Shown: positions 38,724 through 48,761 of the stretch, one piece after another
How positions within the stretch are numbered: the stretch's first letter is position 1
Layout: each line of letters begins with the position of its first letter
From: Kiritimatiellia bacterium
GTDB lineage: Bacteria; Verrucomicrobiota; Kiritimatiellia; RFP12; UBA1067
Length of the DNA stretch: 64,000 bases
Assembly (NCBI GenBank): GCA_017962315.1
Contig: JAGCVN010000069.1
Span: 975 to 64,974, forward strand
Reading direction: 5' to 3'
The notes under the pieces: generated by a model
Told to the model about the DNA's origin: nothing
Databases searched by the model: none
The model's input: only the letters and a program-made list of their open reading frames with translations
Position numbers and translations under genes: made by a program

Positions 38724-40052
38724 TCAAGAGGCTGCACAAAACTTCTTGATCGTCTCCACCATGTAGTCGATCTTCGCGTCGCCCATGCCGGGGTAGAGGC
38801 CGATCCAAAGCGAAGAATTCATGATCGTATCGGTGTTAGCGAGCGAACCGGCCACGCGGTAGTCGATGCCCTCGCGCATCGTCTCGAAGCAGGGATGGCG
38901 GATGATGTTCCCGGCAAAGAGGTTGCGCGTTTGGATGTTCGCCGACTCAAGGTACTTCGCAAGGTCATTGCGCGTGAAGCCGGCATCGGGCTTCACCGTC
39001 ATCAAAAAACCGAACCACGACGGATCGCTTTCCGGGTACTTCTCGAAAAGCCGCAGTTGCGGCAAATCCTTCAGTCCCTCGTAAAGCCGAGCGAAGTTTG
39101 CCTTGCGTTTCTCCACAAACGAGGGGAACTTCTCGAGCTGGGCGCACCCGACCGCCGCCTGGAGATCTGTCGCCTTCAGGTTGTAGCCGAAATGCGAATA
39201 GACGTACTTGTGGTCGTAGCCGACGGGCAGAGTTCCAAACTGCTTCGTAAAGCGGCAGCCGCAGGTGTTGTCCACGCCGGATTCGCACCAGCAGTCGCGT
39301 CCCCAGTCGCGCATCGAAAGCGCGATCTTCTTGAGGAGCGGATTGTCCGTATAGACCGCGCCGCCCTCACCCATCGTCATGTGGTGCGGCGGGTAGAAGC
39401 TTGACGTGCCGATGTCGCCCCACGTGCCGGTGAACCTGCCGCCGTACTTGGAGCCGAGCGCGTCGCAGTTGTCCTCGATGAGCCAGAGGTTGTGCTTCTC
39501 GCAGAACGCCTTGACCGCCTTCACGTTGAATGGATTGCCGAGCGTGTGGGCGAGCATCACGGCCTTCGCCTTAGGCGACCATGCCGCCTCCAGCTGTGCG
39601 GCGTCGATGTTCGCCGTGCCCAGTTCCACGTCCACGAACACCGGCACGGCACCGTATTGCACAATTGGCGCGATGGTGGTGGGGAAGCCAGCCGCGACGG
39701 TGATCACCTCGTCGCCGCGCTTCACCTGGCGTTCGCCGAGGAGCGGGGAGGTCAGCGTCATGAACGCGAGGAGATTAGCCGACGATCCGGAGTTCACGAG
39801 CAGGGCGAAGCGGACGCCGAGGTAGGCGGCGAGCCCCTTCTCGAAATCGCGCGACCAGTGCCCGTAGGTGAGCCAGAACTCGAGCGAGGCGTCGACAAGG
39901 TTCTGCATCTCGTGCTCATTAAAGACCCGGCCCGCGTAATTAACGCGCGATTTGCCGGGCGTGAACGGCGCGGCGGCTTTCGCGCCATGTACGAGGCGGA
40001 AGTACTCCGCCGTCTTCTCAAGGATTTCCTTTTTCAACTCATCTGCTGTCAT
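38724..40052 (-). CDS. rfbH: CDP-6-deoxy-L-threo-D-glycero-4-hexulose-3-dehydrase (E1, RfbH/DdhC-like)
   Basis: 442 aa, DegT-family fold. The usual PLP-lysine position reads SSFYPPHHMTMGEGG (His, as in E1). The N-terminus is typical of RfbH. Confidence 0.8.
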   Translation of the reverse strand: MTADELKKEILEKTAEYFRLVHGAKAAAPFTPGKSRVNYAGRVFNEHEMQNLVDASLEFWLTYGHWSRDFEKGLAAYLGVRFALLVNSGSSANLLAFMTLTSPLLGERQVKRGDEVITVAAGFPTTIAPIVQYGAVPVFVDVELGTANIDAAQLEAAWSPKAKAVMLAHTLGNPFNVKAVKAFCEKHNLWLIEDNCDALGSKYGGRFTGTWGDIGTSSFYPPHHMTMGEGGAVYTDNPLLKKIALSMRDWGRDCWCESGVDNTCGCRFTKQFGTLPVGYDHKYVYSHFGYNLKATDLQAAVGCAQLEKFPSFVEKRKANFARLYEGLKDLPQLRLFEKYPESDPSWFGFLMTVKPDAGFTRNDLAKYLESANIQTRNLFAGNIIRHPCFETMREGIDYRVAGSLANTDTIMNSSLWIGLYPGMGDAKIDYMVETIKKFCAAS

Positions 40053-40097
40053 GTTTCTTCCCGTTTCCTGTTTAACACAAAGACGAAATGGCCTGTA

Positions 40098-41168
40098 TTA
40101 AAAACAACAATATCCCTCTATCTGCTCCCTGGTTATCTCCATTGGATTGCAGCCGTTTGCCACGGCGACATACCACTGAACGGTATTCTTGACGGTCGTC
40201 TCGAAGTTCCAGCGAGGTTTCCAGTCGAGAACTTTCCCCGCCTTGCGGATGTCGAGATTCAACAACCCCGCCTCATGGACAGCGGTCGGATCGGATTGAT
40301 CCACCCACGCCCCCCTCTTCCACTTGAGCATCTCCTCCACAAGCTCCTTGACCGTACGATTCGCCTTGGGGTCGGGACCGAAGTTGAACCCGCCGCACAC
40401 CTCATCAAACCGTTCGCGCTTCGCAAGCGCCGCGCCGAGAGTGAGATATCCGCCAAGCGGCTCAAGCACATGCTGCCAAGGACGCGTCGAGATTTTATTC
40501 CGCACGGGAATCGCCTCGCCCTTCGCAAGCGCGCGCATGGCGTCCGGCACAATGCGATCCTTCGCCCAGTCGCCGCCGCCAATCACATTGCCCGCCCGCG
40601 CGCTCGCCACCCACACCGGCGAATCCGGCATACCGAAGAACGAGCGCCGGTATGAAGATATGGCTATTTCACATGCCCCTTTGGAAGCACTATACGGGTC
40701 ATATCCACCGAACGGATCTGTTTCCCTGAACGGGCGTCCCTTTTCATTATTCTCATAGACCTTGTCGGTCGTCACGCACACCACGGAGGTTTTACGACCC
40801 ATCAGCCTTACGGCCTCAAGCACGTTGACCGTGCCCATCACATTCGTATCGAAGGTCTCCGTCGGTTTCTCGTAGGAAAGCCGCACGAGCGGCTGCGCCG
40901 CGAGGTGGAAAACAAAAACGGGTTTAACACACCGCATCGTGCGCATGAGCGCATCAAGATCGCGCACATCGCCGATCGTATGCGACTTGAGACGTTTCGC
41001 AAGTTTTAACTGGCTGAAAAGGCTCGGTCGTGTGGGCGGCGGCAGGGCAAAACCATGAACCTCCGCGCCGAGCGCAAGCAACCATTCGCAGAGCCATGCC
41101 CCCTTAAACCCCGTATGACCGGTAACCAACACACGCTTGTTTCGATACACATCCAACATGGCTGTCAT
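40098..41168 (-). CDS. rfbG: CDP-glucose 4,6-dehydratase
   Basis: 356 aa with VLVTGHTGFKGAWL and YSASKG (YxxxK). Confidence 0.85.
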   Translation of the reverse strand: MTAMLDVYRNKRVLVTGHTGFKGAWLCEWLLALGAEVHGFALPPPTRPSLFSQLKLAKRLKSHTIGDVRDLDALMRTMRCVKPVFVFHLAAQPLVRLSYEKPTETFDTNVMGTVNVLEAVRLMGRKTSVVCVTTDKVYENNEKGRPFRETDPFGGYDPYSASKGACEIAISSYRRSFFGMPDSPVWVASARAGNVIGGGDWAKDRIVPDAMRALAKGEAIPVRNKISTRPWQHVLEPLGGYLTLGAALAKRERFDEVCGGFNFGPDPKANRTVKELVEEMLKWKRGAWVDQSDPTAVHEAGLLNLDIRKAGKVLDWKPRWNFETTVKNTVQWYVAVANGCNPMEITREQIEGYCCF

Positions 41169-41948
41169 TTATTCCCACACCCTCCACGGCGCTTTGCCTT
41201 CCGCATAGAGCTTCTCAAGTATGTCATGTTCACGGATGTTATCCATACACTGCCAGAATCCGCGGTGGACATAACTCTTGAGTTCTCCTGCTACGGCAAG
41301 TTGCTCCAACGGCTCGCGCTCAAAGACACAATCGTCCCCGCCGAGATAGTGAAAAATCTCAGGGTTGAGCACCATGTAGCCGGCGTTGATCGGCGCTGCA
41401 TCGGCGGACGACTTCTCGCGGAACGCCCGGACGGAATTGTTCTCGCCGATATCGAGGATCCCCTTCTGCTGTTCGGGGACGACTGCGGTCAGCGTCGCAA
41501 TCTTTCTGTGCGCTTGATGGAATGCGAGAAGATCATTGATGTTGACGTCGCAGACACCGTCACCATACGTCATCATAAACGGTTCGTCGCCGATATACTC
41601 GCGGACACGCGCGATACGCCCCCCCGTCATCGTGCGCAACCCCGTGTCCACAATGGTCACGCTCCAGGGTTCACACGCACAATCATGCACCGTCATCTCA
41701 TTCTTGCCCTCCCGATAGTCGAAGGTGACATTTGCGCTATGTAAAAAATAATTCGCGAACCAATCTTTGATGATGTGCTGTTTGTACCCTGCACAAACCA
41801 CAAATTCATTGAACCCGTAATGCGAATACGTTTTCATGATATGCCAAAGAATCGGCATCCCCCCGATTTCGACCATCGGTTTTGGCCTGAACTGGCTTTC
41901 CTCGCTGATACGAGTACCCAAACCTCCCGCCAGAAGTACAACCTTCAC
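41169..41948 (-). CDS. rfbF: glucose-1-phosphate cytidylyltransferase
   Basis: 259 aa with MKVVLLAGGLGTRISEES, PKPMVEIGGMPILWHIMK and FWQCMD. Confidence 0.88.
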   Translation of the reverse strand: MKVVLLAGGLGTRISEESQFRPKPMVEIGGMPILWHIMKTYSHYGFNEFVVCAGYKQHIIKDWFANYFLHSANVTFDYREGKNEMTVHDCACEPWSVTIVDTGLRTMTGGRIARVREYIGDEPFMMTYGDGVCDVNINDLLAFHQAHRKIATLTAVVPEQQKGILDIGENNSVRAFREKSSADAAPINAGYMVLNPEIFHYLGGDDCVFEREPLEQLAVAGELKSYVHRGFWQCMDNIREHDILEKLYAEGKAPWRVWE

Positions 41949-41959
41949 ATCATCCCCCG

Positions 41960-43888
41960 TTATTTTTCCGTATTGCCCGCAAGCCGAATGACAAGCGCGT
42001 TTTTTGAACGCTGGACAGCAAACGTCATAGACACGTCATCAATACCCATCATGCCGGCCGTACCGGATTTCAATGAATGAACCGTCCATTTGAGCATCAG
42101 CACTTGACCTGAAGCGATGGCAATTTCCTCCTGCGGATCGACCATGACAGGCGTAGAGACAGGTGTGTCATGCGTGTCTCCCGAACCATAAACGGCTGAT
42201 TTGGTTGAGTTCAGTTCCATCCAGCCGTCGCCATATGCGGAAATCCAGTCAAGGCCGTCCACCACTTTTACGGAGACGGAAAGCGTCTGGTTGGTGGTGT
42301 TGTTGAATCCCCACTGCTGCGCAGAATACGCGATGGATGAAAGGACTATCGTTCTATCGGTATCGTTTGTGAACGCGATGCCGAATGAGAACTCGTCGTT
42401 TCTCGTGGAATAGGCGCCGAGGGCACGTTCGGGAAGATCCAGATTCGCAGCAAGCGCATACAGCCCGCCAGTGTTCCCTGTTCCGCTGTTGTGTTTGATA
42501 GAGTTCGCCGCATCGCTACCCTTATAGAACTGCCAGTAGAGAATCGTCGTGCCGTTCAGCAAATCCTTGTTACCTGTCGTAGCCGTTATTGCCGACAGCG
42601 AATCAAAGCTCTGCGAGTAGGTGTTGGCTGTCCCAGCAAGCGATGACAACGGGCAGGCGTTAAGAATCGCCACCTTGTCGGGATTCGCGAGATCGACTTC
42701 GATCGTCTCCGACGTTGCAGAAGATATCCCGTGCCGCCCGTATGCCTCGACGCCGAACTGCACCGGCACGGACGGGAACCCGGTAAACGAATGGGACGTT
42801 GCCGAGCCGACGTCAAGTCCGTCCACGATATACAACGGCGTAACGCTCCCATCGGAATAACCGGAAACAACAGCAACCGACCCGATTATTGTGCGTTTAT
42901 CGCCGTTCGTAATAGAATTAAACCGGATGCAGTCGCCACTTCCCCAATCAGGCAACACGATGGTAAAATCTTGCATTTCCGTCGTGAGGGTTGCGGTTCC
43001 AGCAAGGGTCGCAACCCCGCCGGAAACACGCTCAATGGCGATGTCCATTGATTTCGTATTCGTTGCATTGGCCTTAGCGAAGAAACGCAACGCCATGCCA
43101 TCGGCAGCGTAGTTGATCTGCGGGGTTTGAATCCAGCCGGTTTCGCTAGCCGTACCTATTCTTATCGTTCCATTCTCGCCTGTTGGATATCCCGCTTTAC
43201 CCAATCTTGTCCAGCCCGGATTTGCAAAGCATGCCGCAAATTTATTGTCGTTCAGTACTGTGTTATTCGCATCATTGGTCGCCCCGGGCATTGTCTCCTG
43301 CCACACCGCCGTACCTGCCGATGCCCCGACAACCGCATTGGTCCATACGTAAACCTTGTAGCCCGTCGCGCCATCGACGGCACTCCACGAAGCGTCGAAC
43401 GACGTGCCGGTGATGTTGTTCGAAATCGTCACGCCGGACGGCGCATCCAAAGCCTCCGCCGATACGTATGCCGCGAACGACGAAAGCGTAAGGCCGTTTA
43501 TAGGCGTTATGCGGAACGAACGGAAATCGGTGGTATCGGGGAAGTCGAACGACGCGGCGGAAGATACCGCAGTAAACGTCGCGACCGTCGTTTCACCACC
43601 CTGTTTCGAGAACGCGCTTACCGTGGCGGACGCGGAAGCCCCCGCACCGGAATAACGAAGTTCGATCCGATCGACGGCGTTGGAATATTCAGGAGAACGG
43701 TATTCCCCGTTCTCAACCGTCCAGCCTTGCGGGACTTCCCCGACAGAAAAATGGACAGTCTCCGCAACAGCTCCCGTCACGGCCGACGATACTGACGCAA
43801 AACCGGTCAACACGCACAACGTTCCACACAGAAACCGTCTCATCGCAACACTCCTTCCTATGACAGACACATCCATACCTTTTGACAA
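41960..43888 (-). CDS. secreted protein with fibronectin type III domain, function unknown
   Basis: 642 aa. Signal-like MRRFLCGTLCVLTGFASVSSA. FN3-like PSGVTISNNITGTSFDASWSAVDGATGYKVYVW. The rest is unrecognised. Confidence 0.55.
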   Translation of the reverse strand: MSKGMDVSVIGRSVAMRRFLCGTLCVLTGFASVSSAVTGAVAETVHFSVGEVPQGWTVENGEYRSPEYSNAVDRIELRYSGAGASASATVSAFSKQGGETTVATFTAVSSAASFDFPDTTDFRSFRITPINGLTLSSFAAYVSAEALDAPSGVTISNNITGTSFDASWSAVDGATGYKVYVWTNAVVGASAGTAVWQETMPGATNDANNTVLNDNKFAACFANPGWTRLGKAGYPTGENGTIRIGTASETGWIQTPQINYAADGMALRFFAKANATNTKSMDIAIERVSGGVATLAGTATLTTEMQDFTIVLPDWGSGDCIRFNSITNGDKRTIIGSVAVVSGYSDGSVTPLYIVDGLDVGSATSHSFTGFPSVPVQFGVEAYGRHGISSATSETIEVDLANPDKVAILNACPLSSLAGTANTYSQSFDSLSAITATTGNKDLLNGTTILYWQFYKGSDAANSIKHNSGTGNTGGLYALAANLDLPERALGAYSTRNDEFSFGIAFTNDTDRTIVLSSIAYSAQQWGFNNTTNQTLSVSVKVVDGLDWISAYGDGWMELNSTKSAVYGSGDTHDTPVSTPVMVDPQEEIAIASGQVLMLKWTVHSLKSGTAGMMGIDDVSMTFAVQRSKNALVIRLAGNTEK

Positions 43889-44238
43889 ACCACGAACACT
43901 TCAACCGACATCCACAAACGGATAGGCGGGAAAATTTCTATCATATCACGCCCATTTCCGGCAACTGAAATTTCAGCCTACGGGTTGAAAAGTTGAAAAC
44001 TGAAAAGTTGCGGTGACATCTTATCCGCATTTACATTCCCGCGCGAAGCGCGGGCGGCGGGCTTGCCTGTAACTTGGTCGGCGAGGCATAGGTGGTGGTG
44101 TCCACTCTCCGGGTGAGCCGCCGGGCAAAACTTTTTAACACAGCCCTCCCCCGCTCGCGCCTCGGCGCGAGTGATTCGATTCAGATAATTTGCTATACTG
44201 CCCCCGGCAAGCCGTGGGGTGAAGCCATAGACGAGAGG

Positions 44239-45099
44239 CTACAAAATTCCGTTACCCTTCCCCTTTCTGAACACGAAGCCCCAGATTTTGAAGAGGTACT
44301 TGAGGTAGATAAGCGGAAGGCAAGACCAGATGCCGTGGGCACGAAGCGCGTGAAGGTCCTCACGGTTGATCTCGACGTTCGAGCGCCAGCCGGCGGTGGA
44401 GGCGCCACCCATGCGCATCACGACCACACATTCCGGCAAATACGCCGCCTTGAGTTTTGCAAGATACAGGTAGCGCAACTCCAACTCGAAATCAGCACAG
44501 ATACGGTAATCAAGCGAATAGCCGCCCAGTTTCTCAAAGAACTCGCGCCTCACGTAGAACGACGGATGCGGCACCATTGCCGCGAACCGGAACATCCAGG
44601 GACGCCACCGCCGTGCCGAGCAGTAGCGAACTGTTTTGGCGGACCGCAACGCTTCGACCGTCTTCCCTTCCTTCACAAACCGGATGTCGGCGTAAAGCGC
44701 CTCAATCTTTTCTGTCCCGTGTCCTGTGTTCCCTGTCCCCTCTTCTCCTTTCCCTCTTCCCTCAAATTGCGCGGCAATTTTCGCAAGAGTTTCATCAGTC
44801 GCCAGCACATCATCCGCGTTCAGGATGCCGATGACGTCGCCAGTCGCCATCTTAATGCCCTTGTTGATAGCGTCGTACATACCCTTGTCCGGCTCACTGA
44901 TGAACGTAAATGTAAAACGTCTGCCGACATTTTCCATTTTCCATTTTCCATTTTTAATTTGCTCAACCGTGCCATCGGTCGAGCCGCCATCGACAACGAT
45001 GTACTCGATGTCCACGTCCTTTTGCGACAACACGGACTCAATCGCCGTGTGAATCGTCTTCTCGCTATTATAGCAAGCCGTTATGATTGAAATTTTCAT
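44239..45099 (-). CDS. glycosyltransferase family 2
   Basis: 286 aa with KISIITACYNSEKTI, VVDGGSTDGT, SEPDKGMYDAINKG and NADD. Carries the heptamer repeat and a Gly/Glu-rich insert (GRGKGEEGTGNTGHG). Confidence 0.8.
   Translation of the reverse strand: MKISIITACYNSEKTIHTAIESVLSQKDVDIEYIVVDGGSTDGTVEQIKNGKWKMENVGRRFTFTFISEPDKGMYDAINKGIKMATGDVIGILNADDVLATDETLAKIAAQFEGRGKGEEGTGNTGHGTEKIEALYADIRFVKEGKTVEALRSAKTVRYCSARRWRPWMFRFAAMVPHPSFYVRREFFEKLGGYSLDYRICADFELELRYLYLAKLKAAYLPECVVVMRMGGASTAGWRSNVEINREDLHALRAHGIWSCLPLIYLKYLFKIWGFVFRKGKGNGIL
44928..44955. repeat. heptanucleotide tandem repeat (CATTTTC x3 plus CATTTTT) inside the GT2 coding sequence
   Basis: Read directly from the sequence. On the coding strand it is AAAAATG-GAAAATG-GAAAATG-GAAAATG, encoding KNGKWKMEN. 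Confidence 0.85.
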
Positions 45100-45151
45100 C
45101 GGCGACGCGCCATCCCTTGTATTACGACCTTCATGATTAACAATTGATCCA

Positions 45152-46504
45152 CTACTTCCCGATATTCAATACCTTAAAGCCTATCTTCCTCAACTCTGCC
45201 GCATCTAGGCAGTTGCGCGTGTCGAACACCAAGGCGGGCTTACGCATGGAATCGTAGATTCGCCGCCAGTCAAGCGAGGGATAATGCCGCCAGTCCGTCA
45301 TCAACACAATTGCATCGGCGTCCTCCGAGGCCGTGTATTCGTCAGACTCATAGATAACACCGTCCAGATCAGATAAATCCCTCCTCGCATTGTCCAGTGC
45401 CCTAGGATCCGTAACCGTAATCTTTACATGCTCTTCCGCCAACAACCGGGCCACCGTTCCCGCCGGCGTCTCCCGTGTATCACCGGTATCCGCCTTGAAA
45501 GCAAAACCGAACAGGACGATCTTCTTGTTTGCCAGTGTGTTGAACATTTCCTTGAAGAGTCGCGAGACAATGCGTTCCTGCTGATGTTCATTCATCTTGA
45601 TGACACTCATCCAGTATTCGGCTGCCGTATGCAGACCGAACGTTTCGCAGAGATACACAAGGTTGAGCACGTCCTTCTTGAAGCAGCTACCGCCAAACCC
45701 CGGGCCAGCTTTCAGGAACTTTGGTCCGATGCGTTTGTCAGTCCCCACGACCCGCGCCACCTCATCGACATCCGCCCCCGTCGCTTCGCAAAGTCCGGCA
45801 ATGGCATTTATGGACGACACGCGCTGGGCGAGGAATGCGTTTGCCGCGAGCTTCGTCAGTTCTGCCGACCATACATTCGTCGTCAGTATCTTTTCTTTTG
45901 GAATCCATGCCGCATATATATTGACTACTTCCCGTATCGCAGCGAGCCCGGCTTCCGTCTGCGGACCGCCGATCAGGACGCGATCTGGTTCAAGCAGATC
46001 CTTAATCGCCGTTCCTTCCGCCAGAAACTCGGGATTGCTAAGAACGGTAAACTCATGCTCGGCATGATCGTTCAGGATTGCCTCCATCGCGGCCGCCGTG
46101 CGGACAGGGAGCGTGGACTTCTCAACGATAATCTTGTCACCTTCCGCGAACTTCTTTATCTCGCGAGCCGTTGCCTCCCAATACTGGAGGTCGCTTGCGC
46201 GGCCGGCCCCTTTGCCAAACATCTTTGTTGGGGTGTTCACACCGACAAAGATGATGTCGCATTCCTTGACCGCGCCCTCGATGTCCGTGCTGAAGAGCAG
46301 GTTCCTGCCCCTGACCTCTTTCACCACATCGACAAGCCCCGGCTCGTAGATGGGCAAAGCGTAATCCGGCGAATTCCATGCCGCGATCCGCTCGGCGTTT
46401 ATGTCCACGACCATAACCTTGCGGTCGGGGTTCATCTTGGCGATCACCGCCATCGTGGGGCCGCCAATGTATCCCGCGCCGATACAGACAATATTCCTCT
46501 TCAT
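45152..46504 (-). CDS. ugd: UDP-glucose 6-dehydrogenase
   Basis: 450 aa with CIGAGYIGGPT and GFGGSCFKKD (catalytic Cys). Confidence 0.9.
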   Translation of the reverse strand: MKRNIVCIGAGYIGGPTMAVIAKMNPDRKVMVVDINAERIAAWNSPDYALPIYEPGLVDVVKEVRGRNLLFSTDIEGAVKECDIIFVGVNTPTKMFGKGAGRASDLQYWEATAREIKKFAEGDKIIVEKSTLPVRTAAAMEAILNDHAEHEFTVLSNPEFLAEGTAIKDLLEPDRVLIGGPQTEAGLAAIREVVNIYAAWIPKEKILTTNVWSAELTKLAANAFLAQRVSSINAIAGLCEATGADVDEVARVVGTDKRIGPKFLKAGPGFGGSCFKKDVLNLVYLCETFGLHTAAEYWMSVIKMNEHQQERIVSRLFKEMFNTLANKKIVLFGFAFKADTGDTRETPAGTVARLLAEEHVKITVTDPRALDNARRDLSDLDGVIYESDEYTASEDADAIVLMTDWRHYPSLDWRRIYDSMRKPALVFDTRNCLDAAELRKIGFKVLNIGK

Positions 46505-46905
46505 CTATTCTCTCCAATTTTGTCCTCGAGCCGCCGCGCCCTTGCCGGGCACGAACTCAACCAGAGTCCGTGGAGGTTGCAGTACGCCGTCGCGTGGAAC
46601 TCGCCGCCCTTCTGAAGCGCGAGCGAGAACTTCGCCGCCGACGCCGTAGACGCGACGGACCCGTGCGAGGAAAGGCCGACACGTCCGATCCCTTCCGAGA
46701 CGGGCGAGCCCTCCGGTACGAAGTGGAGCGCGATCCACACGATGTGTTGCTCGATCGTGTTCGGATGCGGAATCTCCTTGCCGACGGAGACCTCTACCTC
46801 GAAAGTCTCGCCTGCCGCCACTTTCTCGGGCGCGGCGATCGCCGGCACGTGCTTCTCGGACTTCCAGTCCGCGGTCTTCACATAGTCATTAAGTGATTTG
46901 TCCAT
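46501..46905 (-). CDS. superoxide reductase (1Fe-SOR, neelaredoxin type)
   Basis: 134 aa with DWKSEKHVP, GKEIPHPNTIEQHIVWI and YCNLHGLW. ATGA overlap with the ugd start. Confidence 0.8.
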   Translation of the reverse strand: MDKSLNDYVKTADWKSEKHVPAIAAPEKVAAGETFEVEVSVGKEIPHPNTIEQHIVWIALHFVPEGSPVSEGIGRVGLSSHGSVASTASAAKFSLALQKGGEFHATAYCNLHGLWLSSCPARARRLEDKIGENR

Positions 46906-47022
46906 TTTCTTTCTCCTTCCATGTATTCAGTGGTTGAATCCTTTTGCGCTCTTTGTGGCTTTTCCAACTCCAACTTAAACCTCCAACTCTTAACCTTCAC
47001 CTCTTCTATTCCCCAATAACTA

Positions 47023-48210
47023 CTATCGACTACCCCACGTGCAGATATCCCGCCCAGGAACCAAATCCCTCAAGAACTGTTCAACTGAAACAGCCATTAC
47101 ATGCTGCGAAACCTGCATCGTTCTTTCCCCACGATACAGCAATAATCCCTTCGCCTGTGGATAGTCCGAGATAAACGATTCCAGCGATGCCGCGTCTCTT
47201 CGCTCTGCATGCGTCGAATTTTTCACCTCCAGCGCGATAAACGTCGATTCCCCATAGATGACGAAATCAACCTCAACGCCGTTCTTGGTTCTCCAGAAAT
47301 AGAGTTCGTTCGGCTCGTCCAGATAGTCGTTCCAAGCCCGGAGATGCTGATGCACAAGCCCCTCCAGGCAAACACCATCAATCTCATTCGGGTTGTCCAG
47401 CGGTCCTTTGGGCCTCAATGACCTGAAAACGCCAGCGTCGAAGAAATAGAATTTGTCATGGCCTATGAGCTGACGCTTCGCCCGCTTGTTGAACACCGGC
47501 AACCTGGATGCCACAAGCATTTCCTCCAGTATGTCAAAGTAGGAATCCAGCGTCGAGCGCTTGATTCCAGCTTCTCTTGATATGCCACTTACCGAAAGGA
47601 CGCTGCCATGCGAGAAACTTGCAACTTTCAAGAATCGCGAAAACGAATCAAGATTCCGTATCACCCCTTCTGCCGTGATTTCCTCCTCGAGATACAAATC
47701 AAGATACGTCTTGAGTACATCTTCACTCTTAGCCGCCACGGGATATCGGACGAGCGGAATCATCCCAAGCCGCAAGGCATCCTGCAAATTGAAGTCATCG
47801 CCCATTTCCGCCGCAATAAAAGGATGGCACGTTCGTTTGACTGCACGCCCTCCCAGCAAGTCGACCGACGCATTACGCTTGAGTTTTCTTGCACTTGACC
47901 CAGTCATGATAAAACGAAGCCCGCGCCGCCTGTCCATTAAAGCATGAACGACCTCAAGCAAGCCCGGTGCGCGCTGTATTTCATCAATGATAACGGTTTG
48001 GCCTTCCATAACAGGTCCGATGTATTCTGCCAATCTTTCCGGGAATGCACGTAGATCCCGTTTCACGGCAGAATCAAGCAACGAGATACGCACAGCATCA
48101 GGAAACCGCTCTTCAAGCCAGGTTGTCTTGCCTGTACCTCTTGGACCAAACAGGAAATAACTCCCTGTGGTATCTTTCATCAATCGCTTTTTTAACATGG
48201 CGAAATACAT
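47023..48210 (-). CDS. AAA-family ATPase with DUF4143-like C-terminal domain
   Basis: 395 aa with Walker A GPRGTGKTT and Walker B VIIDEIQ. C-terminal ...YFWRTKNGVEVDFV (nuclease-fold-like). Confidence 0.75.
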   Translation of the reverse strand: MYFAMLKKRLMKDTTGSYFLFGPRGTGKTTWLEERFPDAVRISLLDSAVKRDLRAFPERLAEYIGPVMEGQTVIIDEIQRAPGLLEVVHALMDRRRGLRFIMTGSSARKLKRNASVDLLGGRAVKRTCHPFIAAEMGDDFNLQDALRLGMIPLVRYPVAAKSEDVLKTYLDLYLEEEITAEGVIRNLDSFSRFLKVASFSHGSVLSVSGISREAGIKRSTLDSYFDILEEMLVASRLPVFNKRAKRQLIGHDKFYFFDAGVFRSLRPKGPLDNPNEIDGVCLEGLVHQHLRAWNDYLDEPNELYFWRTKNGVEVDFVIYGESTFIALEVKNSTHAERRDAASLESFISDYPQAKGLLLYRGERTMQVSQHVMAVSVEQFLRDLVPGRDICTWGSR

Positions 48211-48761
48211 TCTACCATATCATAATCCATATGCCGACGGCGTTTTTTACGTCACCGCCGTAAAAAACGCCGCATATTTTCCATCTAGCCGTAAAATACG
48301 CTAGCCCCCGTCTTCTTGCTGCTGCGATACTCAATTTGTCTTCGGAGCGAAGTTTTGCAATTACCCATGCAAACATGGACCGACTCTTTTTCGTTCTTGC
48401 CACAAGACCGAACAATGATATTCCGGCCATTTACGAAAAACCCACACTACAATAAACAGGAAGCCAATGGACAAAGCAACTGCCACTCCTACTGACGCCA
48501 TGCGCAACAATCTTCCTATCTTGTCCTTGATTTGTTCTTTCGCCTAAGAGATGTACCGAAGCAAGAAAACCTTAACACCCTTGGGTAATGGTGATGCCAC
48601 TGGCGACAATACCCAACGTAATCCACTTTTTATCGCCGCTATCGCCACGCACATACAGCGAGAAAGCCGTAAAGGCCCAATAGGGCGGAGATGGCAAAAC
48701 TCTCGGGCATTTCCCCAAGCAGCAATGAAGAAGCGAAACTTCCATACAAAAGGCCAGCGCC

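Noticed and set aside
43984-44010. GTTGAAAAGTTGAAAACTGAAAAGTTG as a tandem repeat or CRISPR-like array; also the GC hairpins at about 44036-44056 and 44148-44170
   Set aside because: It has under three imperfect short units with no spacers and no cas genes. The hairpins lack U-tracts. I treat it as ordinary intergenic sequence.
44185-44200. Plus-strand promoter-like TATACT (GCTATACTGCC, similar to the tRNA -10 region) antisense to the 3' end of the GT2 gene
   Set aside because: The -35 match is poor (GTGATT) and there is no plus-strand gene or structured RNA downstream.
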